DNA of 64,000 bases, from positions 211,544,001-211,608,000 of the forward strand of contig NC_091473.1 in assembly GCF_036971445.1 (NCBI RefSeq), in the 5' to 3' direction. Below, piece by piece: positions 11,640 through 23,300 of this stretch (the first letter of the stretch is position 1; every line of letters starts with the position of its first letter). The DNA is from Narcine bancroftii (Eukaryota). A model generated the notes under the pieces. It made no database searches. It was not told the DNA's origin and worked only from the letters and a program-made list of their open reading frames with translations. The translations under genes and the position numbers were made by a program.

Positions 11640-12032
11640 CCCCCGAACCCTACTAAAGCATGCGGGTGTGGGCAGGGCCCCCGTGTCTACTCCATTGAGA
11701 TACGACGGATACACGGGGACCCACGGCCCTACATACCGTTAACAGTCCATTGGGGTGGGGGTAATGACCACCAATATTTGGCCTTGGTCGATACCGGTGT
11801 GGAGCACTCGGTGATTCCGGGTAACCCCGACCTCTGGACCGGACCGACATTTCGAATAGAGGGGATGGGAGGAGCGATCACCCTGGTGAAAGAAATAAAA
11901 GTCCGTGCCACGGTGGGTGATGGCCCTTCCCCTATATGGTTACATGCCCTGGTGCCTGCCACTGACGAGTGTATCCTGGGTATCAATATGTTGGCCGGTA
12001 CGGCCCTTAATACAAGGGCTTTGCCAGGCTGA
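11640..12032 (+). mobile_element. Retroviral aspartyl protease fragment, ERV-L/class III-like
   Basis: DPRPYIPLTVHWGGG...ALVDTGVEHSVIPGNP...ECILGINML (DTG active site, GxD/NxL motif). Confidence 0.8.
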
Positions 12033-12479
12033 ACTAAGCACTCACAACCCATCTTCCAAATGGGGTTTTTCCGCAAGCTTACCAGCTTGTCCTGTTCCAC
12101 TCCCAGCTACTGCTGCTGATTGTAGCGCTGCAGAACTCATCTCTCTCTTTCTCTCTGAGAAAAAAACTGTTCAACTCTCTCTCCTTGCAAAAACCACATG
12201 ACCCTCTTAGAACAGCAAGCTGCACTCCCAGACAGCCTGCGGCTCCGAACTACTCCTTCGATCTCTTTCATCTGTTGCTTTTCAAAACAACAATCCATTA
12301 GTGAAGTCTCTTGGGCACTCCCCAACATTTTTGAAAAGGCCCCCAGCAGCCACCCTGTCTGGCTTGAGCAGAGCTCCGGTATTTTAAATGAGATCTGTTT
12401 TGAAATGTTTGTATGTGACCTACACTAAAAAAAACCTGCCCCAATTTATCTCCCAAAAACATATTTATGTACAAAACAA

Positions 12480-13930
12480 AACATAATCCATCACAACTGT
12501 TCCAAGTAATAAAGATGTTGTTAGTATTACTTTCAATGTGATGTTCAAAGGATTTCATGAACTTCAGATATTGTTATGGATCTCCAATAAAAACTGGAAT
12601 TTCCTTCTTAGGTAAACCATATAAATGTTGTTGTTGCACTTCATTTTGTTTTGGTATAAATTATATAGTCTTGTCCACCATGGCTTATAACTATATAACC
12701 ATGTACGGAGCGGAAACAGGCCATGTTAGCCTTTCGAGTCCGCACCGGTTCACTGATTATGACTGGTTGTCTTGAGGTGAATGGAGAAAATGGATCTTGA
12801 ACTGGTGCCATAGGTCTGGGACTTTGACTTGTAAGTGATGGCATTGGTGGGAATCCTTGGGTTGTAAGTGATGGTATTGGTGGAGATCCTTTATTTGCAG
12901 CTGGTTGTTGAGTATGATCAACTGCATGGTTGAATTTTTTTGAAATACCCTCCTTTCAGGAAGATCCTTGTATTGTGCACTCTGGAGAGATTGGATGTCG
13001 CTAGCTCTTTCTCTAGGATTGGTCATTGTCATTTGCGCACTAGCAGCGGCACCCATAACTCCTAGTTCAAGAATATTTGTTTCTTGTAGCTGTGTCATCC
13101 ATGGCTTTACTGGAATGCTAGGTGCCTGCCCTTCAGGATGTCACTTTGAGTGACAAATCTTGCAGAAACCTGAGCTAATACTTTCACTTTGGCCATATTC
13201 ATAGCATGTTGTTCCTCAAGCTCTAGTCTTTTCTCTATTCAACAATCTACTTTGTTCTTCACTTGCCATTTATAACTTCAGTTGCTGATTCTTGATTTGA
13301 ACCTCCCTATCATCTAAAGCACATTTCTCCAGCCACTGTTGTTGTGCACAGACAGTAGCCAAGTCTGCTTGCGCCTTAGCATGCATAGTTAATATGCTTG
13401 AAACACCCAAAGCTGTACTTGAAGATCTTCTTGAGCTCATAACCTTGGAAATACTATCATCAGGATTCACATATGAACTTTCAGATACTGCTGATTGAAT
13501 CTCTATCTACCGCATTTCCCTTGGTACAGAAACAATGGGATTTTGCAACATACATTCATCTGTTCCAGTTCCACTAACTTTTAAGATAGTTTTAAGAATA
13601 ATGAGGACTATAGTGCCTTGACGGAATCTTCTTCTTATTTGTTAGTTGAAGCTGATTTTTCTTTGGCTACTGGTTCCAACCTCTTGCCAAATGCTGTCGG
13701 TCTGCCTTGCTGGCTCAACTCACAATCAAACAATTCTTTGAGAGGATCTGTTGGCTCGTGGTCTTTAGCCCAACGAGACTTCTTCTTATCCATCTTGGGT
13801 TCTTCACACTGTAACCTGGCTTCTCCTGGTTCCTGCTGGAATGTAAACAAATTTTGTATCTTATTTGGTCCCTTTAAGAGAGCTGCCACTGGCTGAATTG
13901 TCTCTGTGGTTCTGCACATAAGCTTTCTTA
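12480..13930 (-). mobile_element. BEL/Pao gag-region remnant
   Basis: NPDDSISKV...Ser-rich...AKAQADLA; IPVFIGDP...FMKSFEHHIESNT. Confidence 0.6.
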
Positions 13931-15109
13931 TCTCATGTTTATAAGAACATATTCTGGGGTTCCTGCCAATTTTTCAACCTGAGCTGTGGCTTATCTTTTT
14001 CAAGGAGCCAGGTGACTAGTCAGTCCTTTGGCTCAATTTGAAACTGCACAATTCAGACAGTTTCTCACAGTTCTGAAATATTCTATTGATAACAGTATGG
14101 ATGTCTTTTGGCTTTAAATTTTTATTTGAATCAAAATACAGATGACACTTTTCTTATTATAATATATCCTAATTTCAGAGTGTCATCTTCCAAAGCGTGA
14201 GCTGTGATATCCCAAATTTCTATCTCTTTAAGCCAACAAATCAAACTCTGTGACTGTTACTTTATGTATTGTTAATTCGTTGATAGAACAGATATACATT
14301 TTGCAAAGTTTCTTATTAAGATTTTCATAACAGTAAATAATAAAACATTTATGGTATAATAATACAAAGATATATAGAGATATAAAAAGTATATGAAGAT
14401 ACAAAATCTTAAAGAGATACAAAAATGTATTTAAAGAGATACAAAAGTTCAAAGAACTTACCGGCCCCACCGTGCCAGTACCTGATCAGCTGCTCATCAT
14501 ATGTCAGGTGAGATGATGGATGTGTAATGGTTTTTGTGCTGTTTTTGAACCGGGGTGGGGGGGGCACAATATCAGTGCTTGCCCTAGGGCATAACTTTAC
14601 CTAGATATGCACTGAGTAGGGACCAACAGACAAAAGGTGTTCATTAGATATGGATGAAGGATAGGAGTGAGGGAATGTGATAATTGACGGGAGAAGGGGG
14701 ATTGGTTTTACGAATGCAGAGCTAAGAGAAAGGTGACAGAGAGATGAGGGAAGAGAGAGAAACGAGATAAGTTAGTGTTCATGCCACTCAGTTGGAGGGT
14801 TTCCGAATGGAATGAGATGCTGTTCCTCCAAATTGCAAGTGGTTCAGTATGGCAGTGCATGAGACCATGGACCGACTCATCAGCAAGGAAATGGGGCGGG
14901 GAATTGAAATGGGTGGATACTGGGAGATCCCCACTGTTGTGGCAGACAGAGCGCAGATGCCCAACGAAGCGATCTTCTATTTGCTACCGCCCCTTTCCTC
15001 ATTTCCTGTTGCCGAGTCCCACTCTCTTCCCTTTTCCATCTATCTTCTGTACCTCAGCTCTGCATTCAGAGAACCAACACCCTTTATGGCGAGACTCGAT
15101 CTTACCCCA

Positions 15110-15511
15110 TCCACAGGGTCCCGAGAACTTGGACTCAAACCCCCACCCCCGACAACTCAGGACTCACGACACCTCCCCTCGGCCCTGAGAACGAGATTCT
15201 ACCCCAACACCCCCGGGGCCCCGAGAACTCGGGGTTCACCCCCTGGCCCAGAGAAGTCGGAGCACAACACCCCCCCCCCCCACTCCCAGGTCACCGAGAA
15301 CTCAGGGCTCAACCCCACTCCACCTCTGGGCCCCGAGAACTCGGAGTTCAACACCAACCCGGGGCCCAGAGAAACCGGGGCCCAGAGAACCCGGGGCCCA
15401 GAGAACCCCTCTTCCCTCTTCCCCCTCCTCCCTCCCCTTCCCCCTTCTCCCCCCCTCCCCCTCCCCTTTCCCCTTCCCCCTTCTCCCCCTCCCCCTCCCC
15501 TCCTCCCCTTC
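15110..15511 (+). repeat. GC-rich degenerate minisatellite (core 'ggcccgagaactcgg') plus C/T low-complexity tract
   Basis: About 8-9 imperfect copies of the (c)c(c/a)gagaac(t/c)cgg core; the motif resumes immediately after the gap (15772). Confidence 0.7.
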
Positions 15512-15771
15512 NNNNNNNNNNNNNNNNNNNNNNNNNNNNNNNNNNNNNNNNNNNNNNNNNNNNNNNNNNNNNNNNNNNNNNNNNNNNNNNNNNNNNNNNN
15601 NNNNNNNNNNNNNNNNNNNNNNNNNNNNNNNNNNNNNNNNNNNNNNNNNNNNNNNNNNNNNNNNNNNNNNNNNNNNNNNNNNNNNNNNNNNNNNNNNNNN
15701 NNNNNNNNNNNNNNNNNNNNNNNNNNNNNNNNNNNNNNNNNNNNNNNNNNNNNNNNNNNNNNNNNNNNNNN
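15512..15771. other. Assembly gap (260 N)
   Basis: Run of N. Confidence 1.
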
Positions 15772-16060
15772 GAACTCGGACACCCAGCCGCGGGGGAAAT
15801 CTCACCTCCACGACCAGCCTCAGTGGGCCGGCCCGTCACTGAGGGAACGGCCCTCAAGACGCTACGCGTTTCTATTACGTCAGCGCGCTCTCTTCTGCCG
15901 CCGGCTGACCAGCACGTGATTGTGCGGCCGCGACCCGGGAAGGAACGGCTGTCAATCAGAGAGGATCGGCCCGGGGCAGCTTGGGCTTTACAGAGAAATT
16001 TCCATGTTAAATCGGCAACCGGGGAAATGAAGTATTAATTGTAACCGGGAACAAGATGGA
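15772..16060 (+). promoter_or_regulatory. CpG-rich putative promoter/first exon of the ZNF at 18471
   Basis: Dense intact CpGs in a CpG-depleted background; TTACGTCA and CACGTG motifs. Confidence 0.5.
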
Positions 16061-16455
16061 ACAATGCAGCAAGGAAGGGGGTGACAGTCTGAGCGACAGT
16101 CATAAAGGAGAAGAACAGCAGTCAGTTCAGGGCACCGCTGTGGCCATTCCCTCAAAATAGAGGGAAAACGGAAGAGAGATTCTACTTTGGAGCGGGAGGT
16201 GCCAACATCCAGGTCTGTGTCCTTTCCCCGAACCTTTCACTTTTCCTGTCTCCGCCCCAATTACCAGCCGCTGACCTTACTCGGCTCCTGAATGCGGCAG
16301 AATTCCTGCCACAGGCACTGTTTTCGCAAAGGAACCCCTTTCCCATCCCCATCCCCCTCCTTCCTTCAGGAAGCCTCGTGCACACTTGCAACCCAAAGTG
16401 ATTGGCACATGGACGGTGTCACGTGGGGTGATAGCGGTTGAATTCAGGTGTATTA

Positions 16456-17748
16456 GGCCCTTTCAAACTGATACATTGCGATTAGAAAGGGCCCAACTGG
16501 GTCCCTGACCAACCCAGCTAAACTTACCCACGTGTGATTTGAAAAGGGTAAATGGCTGACCCGGTAACGCTGATGATGCCAGCACTTCAGCCCTTGCGTC
16601 ACAGAGAAACTCCTGTCTGAGGTGCCACTGCTGCAATCGGTGGGGAGAAGTGTGAGGTCGCCGCTGCAGGAGGAGAGAGATCGCTGCCATGGGACCCAGG
16701 GGGAGCCACTGCTGCGAATGCCGTGAACCGGAGCAGCATGTTGTGGCAGCAAACCCCCCCCCCCCACCCTCGGGGGGCATTGGCGACTGATAAGGTGTTG
16801 TGAGTGAGGAAACAGGTTTAGTAGGTCTCAAAGGCAAGGACTCTGAACAGATTTGGTAGAGAAAGATTTTATTTACAGAAGGCAAGGGTATGAAATGGAA
16901 ACTAACGCAACACACACACTTTACAGCAGCGTGGGAAAGAAATAGTGGACAATTAATAACAAACGTGGGGAAAATAGCATGGGAACAAAATACATATACA
17001 CACACATACAATGAACTGGTACAAGGAAAAATCACTCCGATGCCCCACCACCCCTCGACTCAGTGCAGGCACGGCTCTATGCTACAGGGGACACGAATTA
17101 AATGCTTCCAATCCTTTTTAACGGTGCACATCTTACCAACAGTTTCTCTAGCATCCTTTTACATTTCTAGGCCTGGAGTGAGCAGTGTGGTCCCATGCTG
17201 GCAAAGAGAGAGAACAAAGAACACATGGCTCCTTTGTTGTGCTGGAGGTTCCAGCCCAGGTCATTAGCAGGGTCACTCGCTCAGTGCCAGGAGGGTTAAT
17301 CCAATTTCAACAGCCAGTGATCCAAAGCCAAGTACAGGTAGGCTGGAGAGTCCAGTCCAGGTAATTTACATTTGACCAACAGCAAGGTATGCACTAATGG
17401 ATGGGACGGAACAAAACCTTAATTGGCAGCTGTTGTGTCCACCGACTAGGTAGGGGGCAGTGCTGTCACATGATAGCCACAACCCTTCCCAATATACGGC
17501 AGGAGGTAGCAACTGACAGGAGGGGTGCTAATGACAGCCATTGTGGGGGGAGGAGACTAACGCCCGATAGTTCCCATGAGTGTGTGATGCGTCACTTATC
17601 GCGGGGGAGGAATCCCCCTTAAATTGCTGGGTTAGTGATTTAACAGGTAAGTTAGTCTTCCATTTGAAAGGTGCATCCAGCACCCTAGACCCAGTAATCG
17701 CACCCAGGTCCCAGGAGGGTTACCCGGGTAGTGCAATTTGAAAGGGAC
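16456..17748. mobile_element. Non-autonomous TIR DNA transposon (Harbinger-like) containing a nested LTR-like insert (~16796-17500, minus strand)
   Basis: TIRs GGCCCTTTCAAACTG / CAATTTGAAAGGGAC flanked by TTA/TAA; the insert begins TGTTG and has a minus-strand AATAAA; its far boundary is unresolved. Confidence 0.5.
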
Positions 17749-18470
17749 TAATGGAAAGGTCGTGGGGATGCAGCGTCCATGTGTGCTCTTGCGGTTCATT
17801 GGACAGAGCAGTTTCTGGGCCATAGAGGATTCTGGGTGATAATGTAGCGATCCATGTCTGAAACAAAAGCAACCATGAGCGTTTGGCACGTAATTATTCC
17901 TGCATTCTCTCTCAGATCATCATGTGTTTACGAAAACGTTGTTACCATAAGTATCCCCCATATAACACTAAATCCTGCACTCATAATAAGTCCCTTGCTC
18001 TCCAGAGTATGTTACTTCTCCTTTCCATCAAAACATATCTCGATTGTTTCTCTGTGCTAAAATTCACCCACCATGAGTGTATTTGTCTGTGATGATCCCC
18101 CTAAAATCAAGACACTTCCACAGTTTGTCATGTTGCTGGCCCTGCCTCCAGGGTGTATCAAACTGAAACATTGGCTGCAGAGAATGTAATTTTCCCTCTC
18201 ACTTCACCATCTTCTCTTCACAGGGTTAAGAAAGTGGTGCGTTTCCAGGCAGGAAGCTACAGACAACAGCACATGGTTGTCTGGCACAGTGCTTGGGACC
18301 ATAGTATTAGCCAGATTTATCAGTGGATTACAAGTGCGAGGATCATCACATGGAGAAAATGGTGTGTTTCCAAGTGAAAATTTCAGTAAACGCCACATTC
18401 TAGTCAGACACTTTCACTGGATTCCTCAGGACCAGCTTTTTTGATGGATTAGAAGCCTGGGAATCACCAC

Positions 18471-19924
18471 ATGGAGAAACCCTGCACCCATTCAGTGTGT
18501 GAACTGAACTTCAGCCGATCGGCCGACATGGAGGGACAAGTGACCAGTGATACAACACTCCAAAGTGAAGCATGTGGTGAGGTGTGTCTTTCTGTAGACT
18601 TACTGGAAACACATCCCTGCTCTCACACTGAGGAGAGACCGTTCCCCTGTTCCGAGTGTGGGGAGAACACCAGTGTGTCCCCTCTAGGGGGAGCCCATTC
18701 CCCTGCTCTGACTGTAGGAAGAGCTTTCAAACCTCCAAGGACCTGGAGAAGCACTGGTGTGTTCCCCCTGGGGAGAGTCCATTCACCTGCCGCATGTGTG
18801 GGAAGGGGTTCGCCCAGTCCTCCAGCCTCATGCAGCATCAGAACATTCACTCCGGGGAGAGGGCCTTTAAATGCTCTATATGCAGGAAGGGATTCTCTCG
18901 ATCCTCACACCTGTTACAACACCAGAGAATTCACACGGGGGAGAGAGCCTTTAAATGCTCCCTATGTGGGAAAAGGTTCTCTCGATCCTCACACCTGCTG
19001 AGGCACTGGAGAGTTCACACCGGGGATAGACCGTTCACCTGCTCCGTGTGCGGGAAGGGGTTCTCTCAGTCTTCCGCTCTGCTGAGGCACCAAAGAGTTC
19101 ACAACGTAGAGAAACCATTCTCTTGTGGAAAGGGACTCCCCCAATCCACCTCTCTGCAGGGTCACCGGAGAATTCACACTGGGGAGAAAACATTTACTTG
19201 CTCTCTATGTGGGAAGGGATTCACTCGGCCCTCCATTCTGCAGGCACACCAACGGGTTCACACCGGGGAGAAACCGTTCACTTGCTCCCTGTGTGGGATC
19301 GGATTTACTCAGTCCTCCTACCTGCTGAGGCACTATTCCGTTCACACCGGGGAGAAACCATTCACCTGCTCTCTTTGCAGGAAGGGGTTTTCTCGGCAAT
19401 CTGGCCTGCGGGTACACCAGCGGGTTCATTCCAGGGAGAAACCGTTCACCTGCTGCCTGTGCGGGAAAGGGTTCTCTCAGCCCGCTGGCCTGCAGGCACA
19501 CCAGTGGGTTCACACTCAAGAGAAACCATTCACCTGCTCCCTGTGTGGGATCGGATTCACTCAGTCCACCTACCTGCTGAGGCATTATTCCATTCACACC
19601 GGGGAGAAACCATTTACCTGCTCTCTGTGCGGGAAGGGGTTCTCTCGACAATCTGGCCTGCAGGCACATCAGCGAATTCACACTGGAGAGAAACCATTCA
19701 CCTGTTCTCTGTGCGGGAAGGGGTTCTCTCAGCCCTCTGGCCTGCAAGCACACCAGCGGGTTCATACTGGGGAGAAACCGTTCACCTGCTCCGTGTGTGG
19801 GATCAGCTTCAGTCAGTCCTTCAACCTGCTGAGGCACCAAAGAGTTCACACCAGGGAGAAACCGTTCACTCGCAGCAAGTGCGGAAAGGGATTTGCCGAT
19901 TCCTCTCTGCAGGCCCACCAGTGA
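18471..19924 (+). pseudogene. C2H2 zinc-finger gene with 12 canonical fingers and a 28-bp frameshifting deletion near 18665
   Basis: TGEKPF linkers and 84-bp period; N-terminus is in a different frame from the finger array; the paralog at 49603 has 28 extra nt (GGATTCGCC...CTGCTGC) at this point; putative splice acceptor ~18223. Confidence 0.8.
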
Positions 19925-20356
19925 ATTTGCACTGGAGCGAGAACATTCTCCTGCTCCTTGACGAGGAAGGAGTTCACTCAGCACTCTGGTCTGTGGGGAC
20001 ACTAGTGAATTCATATGGAGAGAGAGATTCAAGATGGACCGTCAGCATCTTTCTGGTAAATGCATCACACACTAAATGGCATGTGTAAAAGGTTATGAGG
20101 GAGGGAGGAAGGTTAAGGGAGATGTTCAGGGTAAATATTTTACCCAGAGAGCGGTGAGCACCTGGAATAGGCTACCAGGTATACTTGGTTCTTGACAGAT
20201 CCATGAATATGCAGGGAGGTCAATCATGTGAAGGCAGCAGTTTTAGTTTAACTTGAGCATCCTGTTCAGTACAGACACGTGGCCACTGGTTTAAGGATTG
20301 TTCTGTTGATGGGGATTGTTCTGTTGATGGGGGTTTTCCTTGTAGCCTGAACTCCT

Positions 20357-23300
20357 CCCCATCTCGCTTTCCCCATCTCGCTTTCCCCATCTCGCTTTCC
20401 CCATCTCGCTTTCCCCATCTCGCTTTCCCCATCTCGCTTTCCCCATCTCGCTTTCCCCATCTCGCTTTCCCCATCTCGCTTTCCCCATCTCGCTTTCCCC
20501 ATCTCGCTTTCCCCATCTCGCTTTCCCCATCTCGCTTTCCCCATCTCGCTTTCCCCATCTCGCTTTCCCCATCTCGCTTTCCCCATCTCGCTTTCCCCAT
20601 CTCGCTTTCCCCATCTCGCTTTCCCCATCTCGCTTTCCCCATCTCGCTTTCCCCATCTCGCTTTCCCCATCTCGCTTTCCCCATCTCGCTTTCCCCATCT
20701 CGCTTTCCCCATCTCGCTTTCCCCATCTCGCTTTCCCCATCTCGCTTTCCCCATCTCGCTTTCCCCATCTCGCTTTCCCCATCTCGCTTTCCCCATCTCG
20801 CTTTCCCCATCTCGCTTTCCCCATCTCGCTTTCCCCATCTCGCTTTCCCCATCTCGCTTTCCCCATCTCGCTTTCCCCATCTCGCTTTCCCCATCTCGCT
20901 TTCCCCATCTCGCTTTCCCCATCTCGCTTTCCCCATCTCGCTTTCCCCATCTCGCTTTCCCCATCTCGCTTTCCCCATCTCGCTTTCCCCATCTCGCTTT
21001 CCCCATCTCGCTTTCCCCATCTCGCTTTCCCCATCTCGCTTTCCCCATCTCGCTTTCCCCATCTCGCTTTCCCCATCTCGCTTTCCCCATCTCGCTTTCC
21101 CCATCTCGCTTTCCCCATCTCGCTTTCCCCATCTCGCTTTCCCCATCTCGCTTTCCCCATCTCGCTTTCCCCATCTCGCTTTCCCCATCTCGCTTTCCCC
21201 ATCTCGCTTTCCCCATCTCGCTTTCCCCATCTCGCTTTCCCCATCTCGCTTTCCCCATCTCGCTTTCCCCATCTCGCTTTCCCCATCTCGCTTTCCCCAT
21301 CTCGCTTTCCCCATCTCGCTTTCCCCATCTCGCTTTCCCCATCTCGCTTTCCCCATCTCGCTTTCCCCATCTCGCTTTCCCCATCTCGCTTTCCCCATCT
21401 CGCTTTCCCCATCTCGCTTTCCCCATCTCGCTTTCCCCATCTCGCTTTCCCCATCTCGCTTTCCCCATCTCGCTTTCCCCATCTCGCTTTCCCCATCTCG
21501 CTTTCCCCATCTCGCTTTCCCCATCTCGCTTTCCCCATCTCGCTTTCCCCATCTCGCTTTCCCCATCTCGCTTTCCCCATCTCGCTTTCCCCATCTCGCT
21601 TTCCCCATCTCGCTTTCCCCATCTCGCTTTCCCCATCTCGCTTTCCCCATCTCGCTTTCCCCATCTCGCTTTCCCCATCTCGCTTTCCCCATCTCGCTTT
21701 CCCCATCTCGCTTTCCCCATCTCGCTTTCCCCATCTCGCTTTCCCCATCTCGCTTTCCCCATCTCGCTTTCCCCATCTCGCTTTCCCCATCTCGCTTTCC
21801 CCATCTCGCTTTCCCCATCTCGCTTTCCCCATCTCGCTTTCCCCATCTCGCTTTCCCCATCTCGCTTTCCCCATCTCGCTTTCCCCATCTCGCTTTCCCC
21901 ATCTCGCTTTCCCCATCTCGCTTTCCCCATCTCGCTTTCCCCATCTCGCTTTCCCCATCTCGCTTTCCCCATCTCGCTTTCCCCATCTCGCTTTCCCCAT
22001 CTCGCTTTCCCCATCTCGCTTTCCCCATCTCGCTTTCCCCATCTCGCTTTCCCCATCTCGCTTTCCCCATCTCGCTTTCCCCATCTCGCTTTCCCCATCT
22101 CGCTTTCCCCATCTCGCTTTCCCCATCTCGCTTTCCCCATCTCGCTTTCCCCATCTCGCTTTCCCCATCTCGCTTTCCCCATCTCGCTTTCCCCATCTCG
22201 CTTTCCCCATCTCGCTTTCCCCATCTCGCTTTCCCCATCTCGCTTTCCCCATCTCGCTTTCCCCATCTCGCTTTCCCCATCTCGCTTTCCCCATCTCGCT
22301 TTCCCCATCTCGCTTTCCCCATCTCGCTTTCCCCATCTCGCTTTCCCCATCTCGCTTTCCCCATCTCGCTTTCCCCATCTCGCTTTCCCCATCTCGCTTT
22401 CCCCATCTCGCTTTCCCCATCTCGCTTTCCCCATCTCGCTTTCCCCATCTCGCTTTCCCCATCTCGCTTTCCCCATCTCGCTTTCCCCATCTCGCTTTCC
22501 CCATCTCGCTTTCCCCATCTCGCTTTCCCCATCTCGCTTTCCCCATCTCGCTTTCCCCATCTCGCTTTCCCCATCTCGCTTTCCCCATCTCGCTTTCCCC
22601 ATCTCGCTTTCCCCATCTCGCTTTCCCCATCTCGCTTTCCCCATCTCGCTTTCCCCATCTCGCTTTCCCCATCTCGCTTTCCCCATCTCGCTTTCCCCAT
22701 CTCGCTTTCCCCATCTCGCTTTCCCCATCTCGCTTTCCCCATCTCGCTTTCCCCATCTCGCTTTCCCCATCTCGCTTTCCCCATCTCGCTTTCCCCATCT
22801 CGCTTTCCCCATCTCGCTTTCCCCATCTCGCTTTCCCCATCTCGCTTTCCCCATCTCGCTTTCCCCATCTCGCTTTCCCCATCTCGCTTTCCCCATCTCG
22901 CTTTCCCCATCTCGCTTTCCCCATCTCGCTTTCCCCATCTCGCTTTCCCCATCTCGCTTTCCCCATCTCGCTTTCCCCATCTCGCTTTCCCCATCTCGCT
23001 TTCCCCATCTCGCTTTCCCCATCTCGCTTTCCCCATCTCGCTTTCCCCATCTCGCTTTCCCCATCTCGCTTTCCCCATCTCGCTTTCCCCATCTCGCTTT
23101 CCCCATCTCGCTTTCCCCATCTCGCTTTCCCCATCTCGCTTTCCCCATCTCGCTTTCCCCATCTCGCTTTCCCCATCTCGCTTTCCCCATCTCGCTTTCC
23201 CCATCTCGCTTTCCCCATCTCGCTTTCCCCATCTCGCTTTCCCCATCTCGCTTTCCCCATCTCGCTTTCCCCATCTCGCTTTCCCCATCTCGCTTTCCCC

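Noticed and set aside
14849-15919. ORFs of 169-356 aa
   Set aside because: They run through low-complexity DNA and the N gap
18700-19924. CRISPR-like regular repeats (also 34225-34372 and 49900-50880)
   Set aside because: These are 84-bp coding zinc-finger units or a plain minisatellite; no unique spacers, no cas genes, eukaryotic DNA
19048-20088. Long alternative-frame and antisense ORFs over the ZNF arrays and H1
   Set aside because: Expected shadow ORFs of repetitive GC-rich coding sequence
20295-20330. 2 x 18-bp tandem duplication just before the satellite
   Set aside because: Unrelated to the 14-mer and not a TSD; an ordinary slippage duplication
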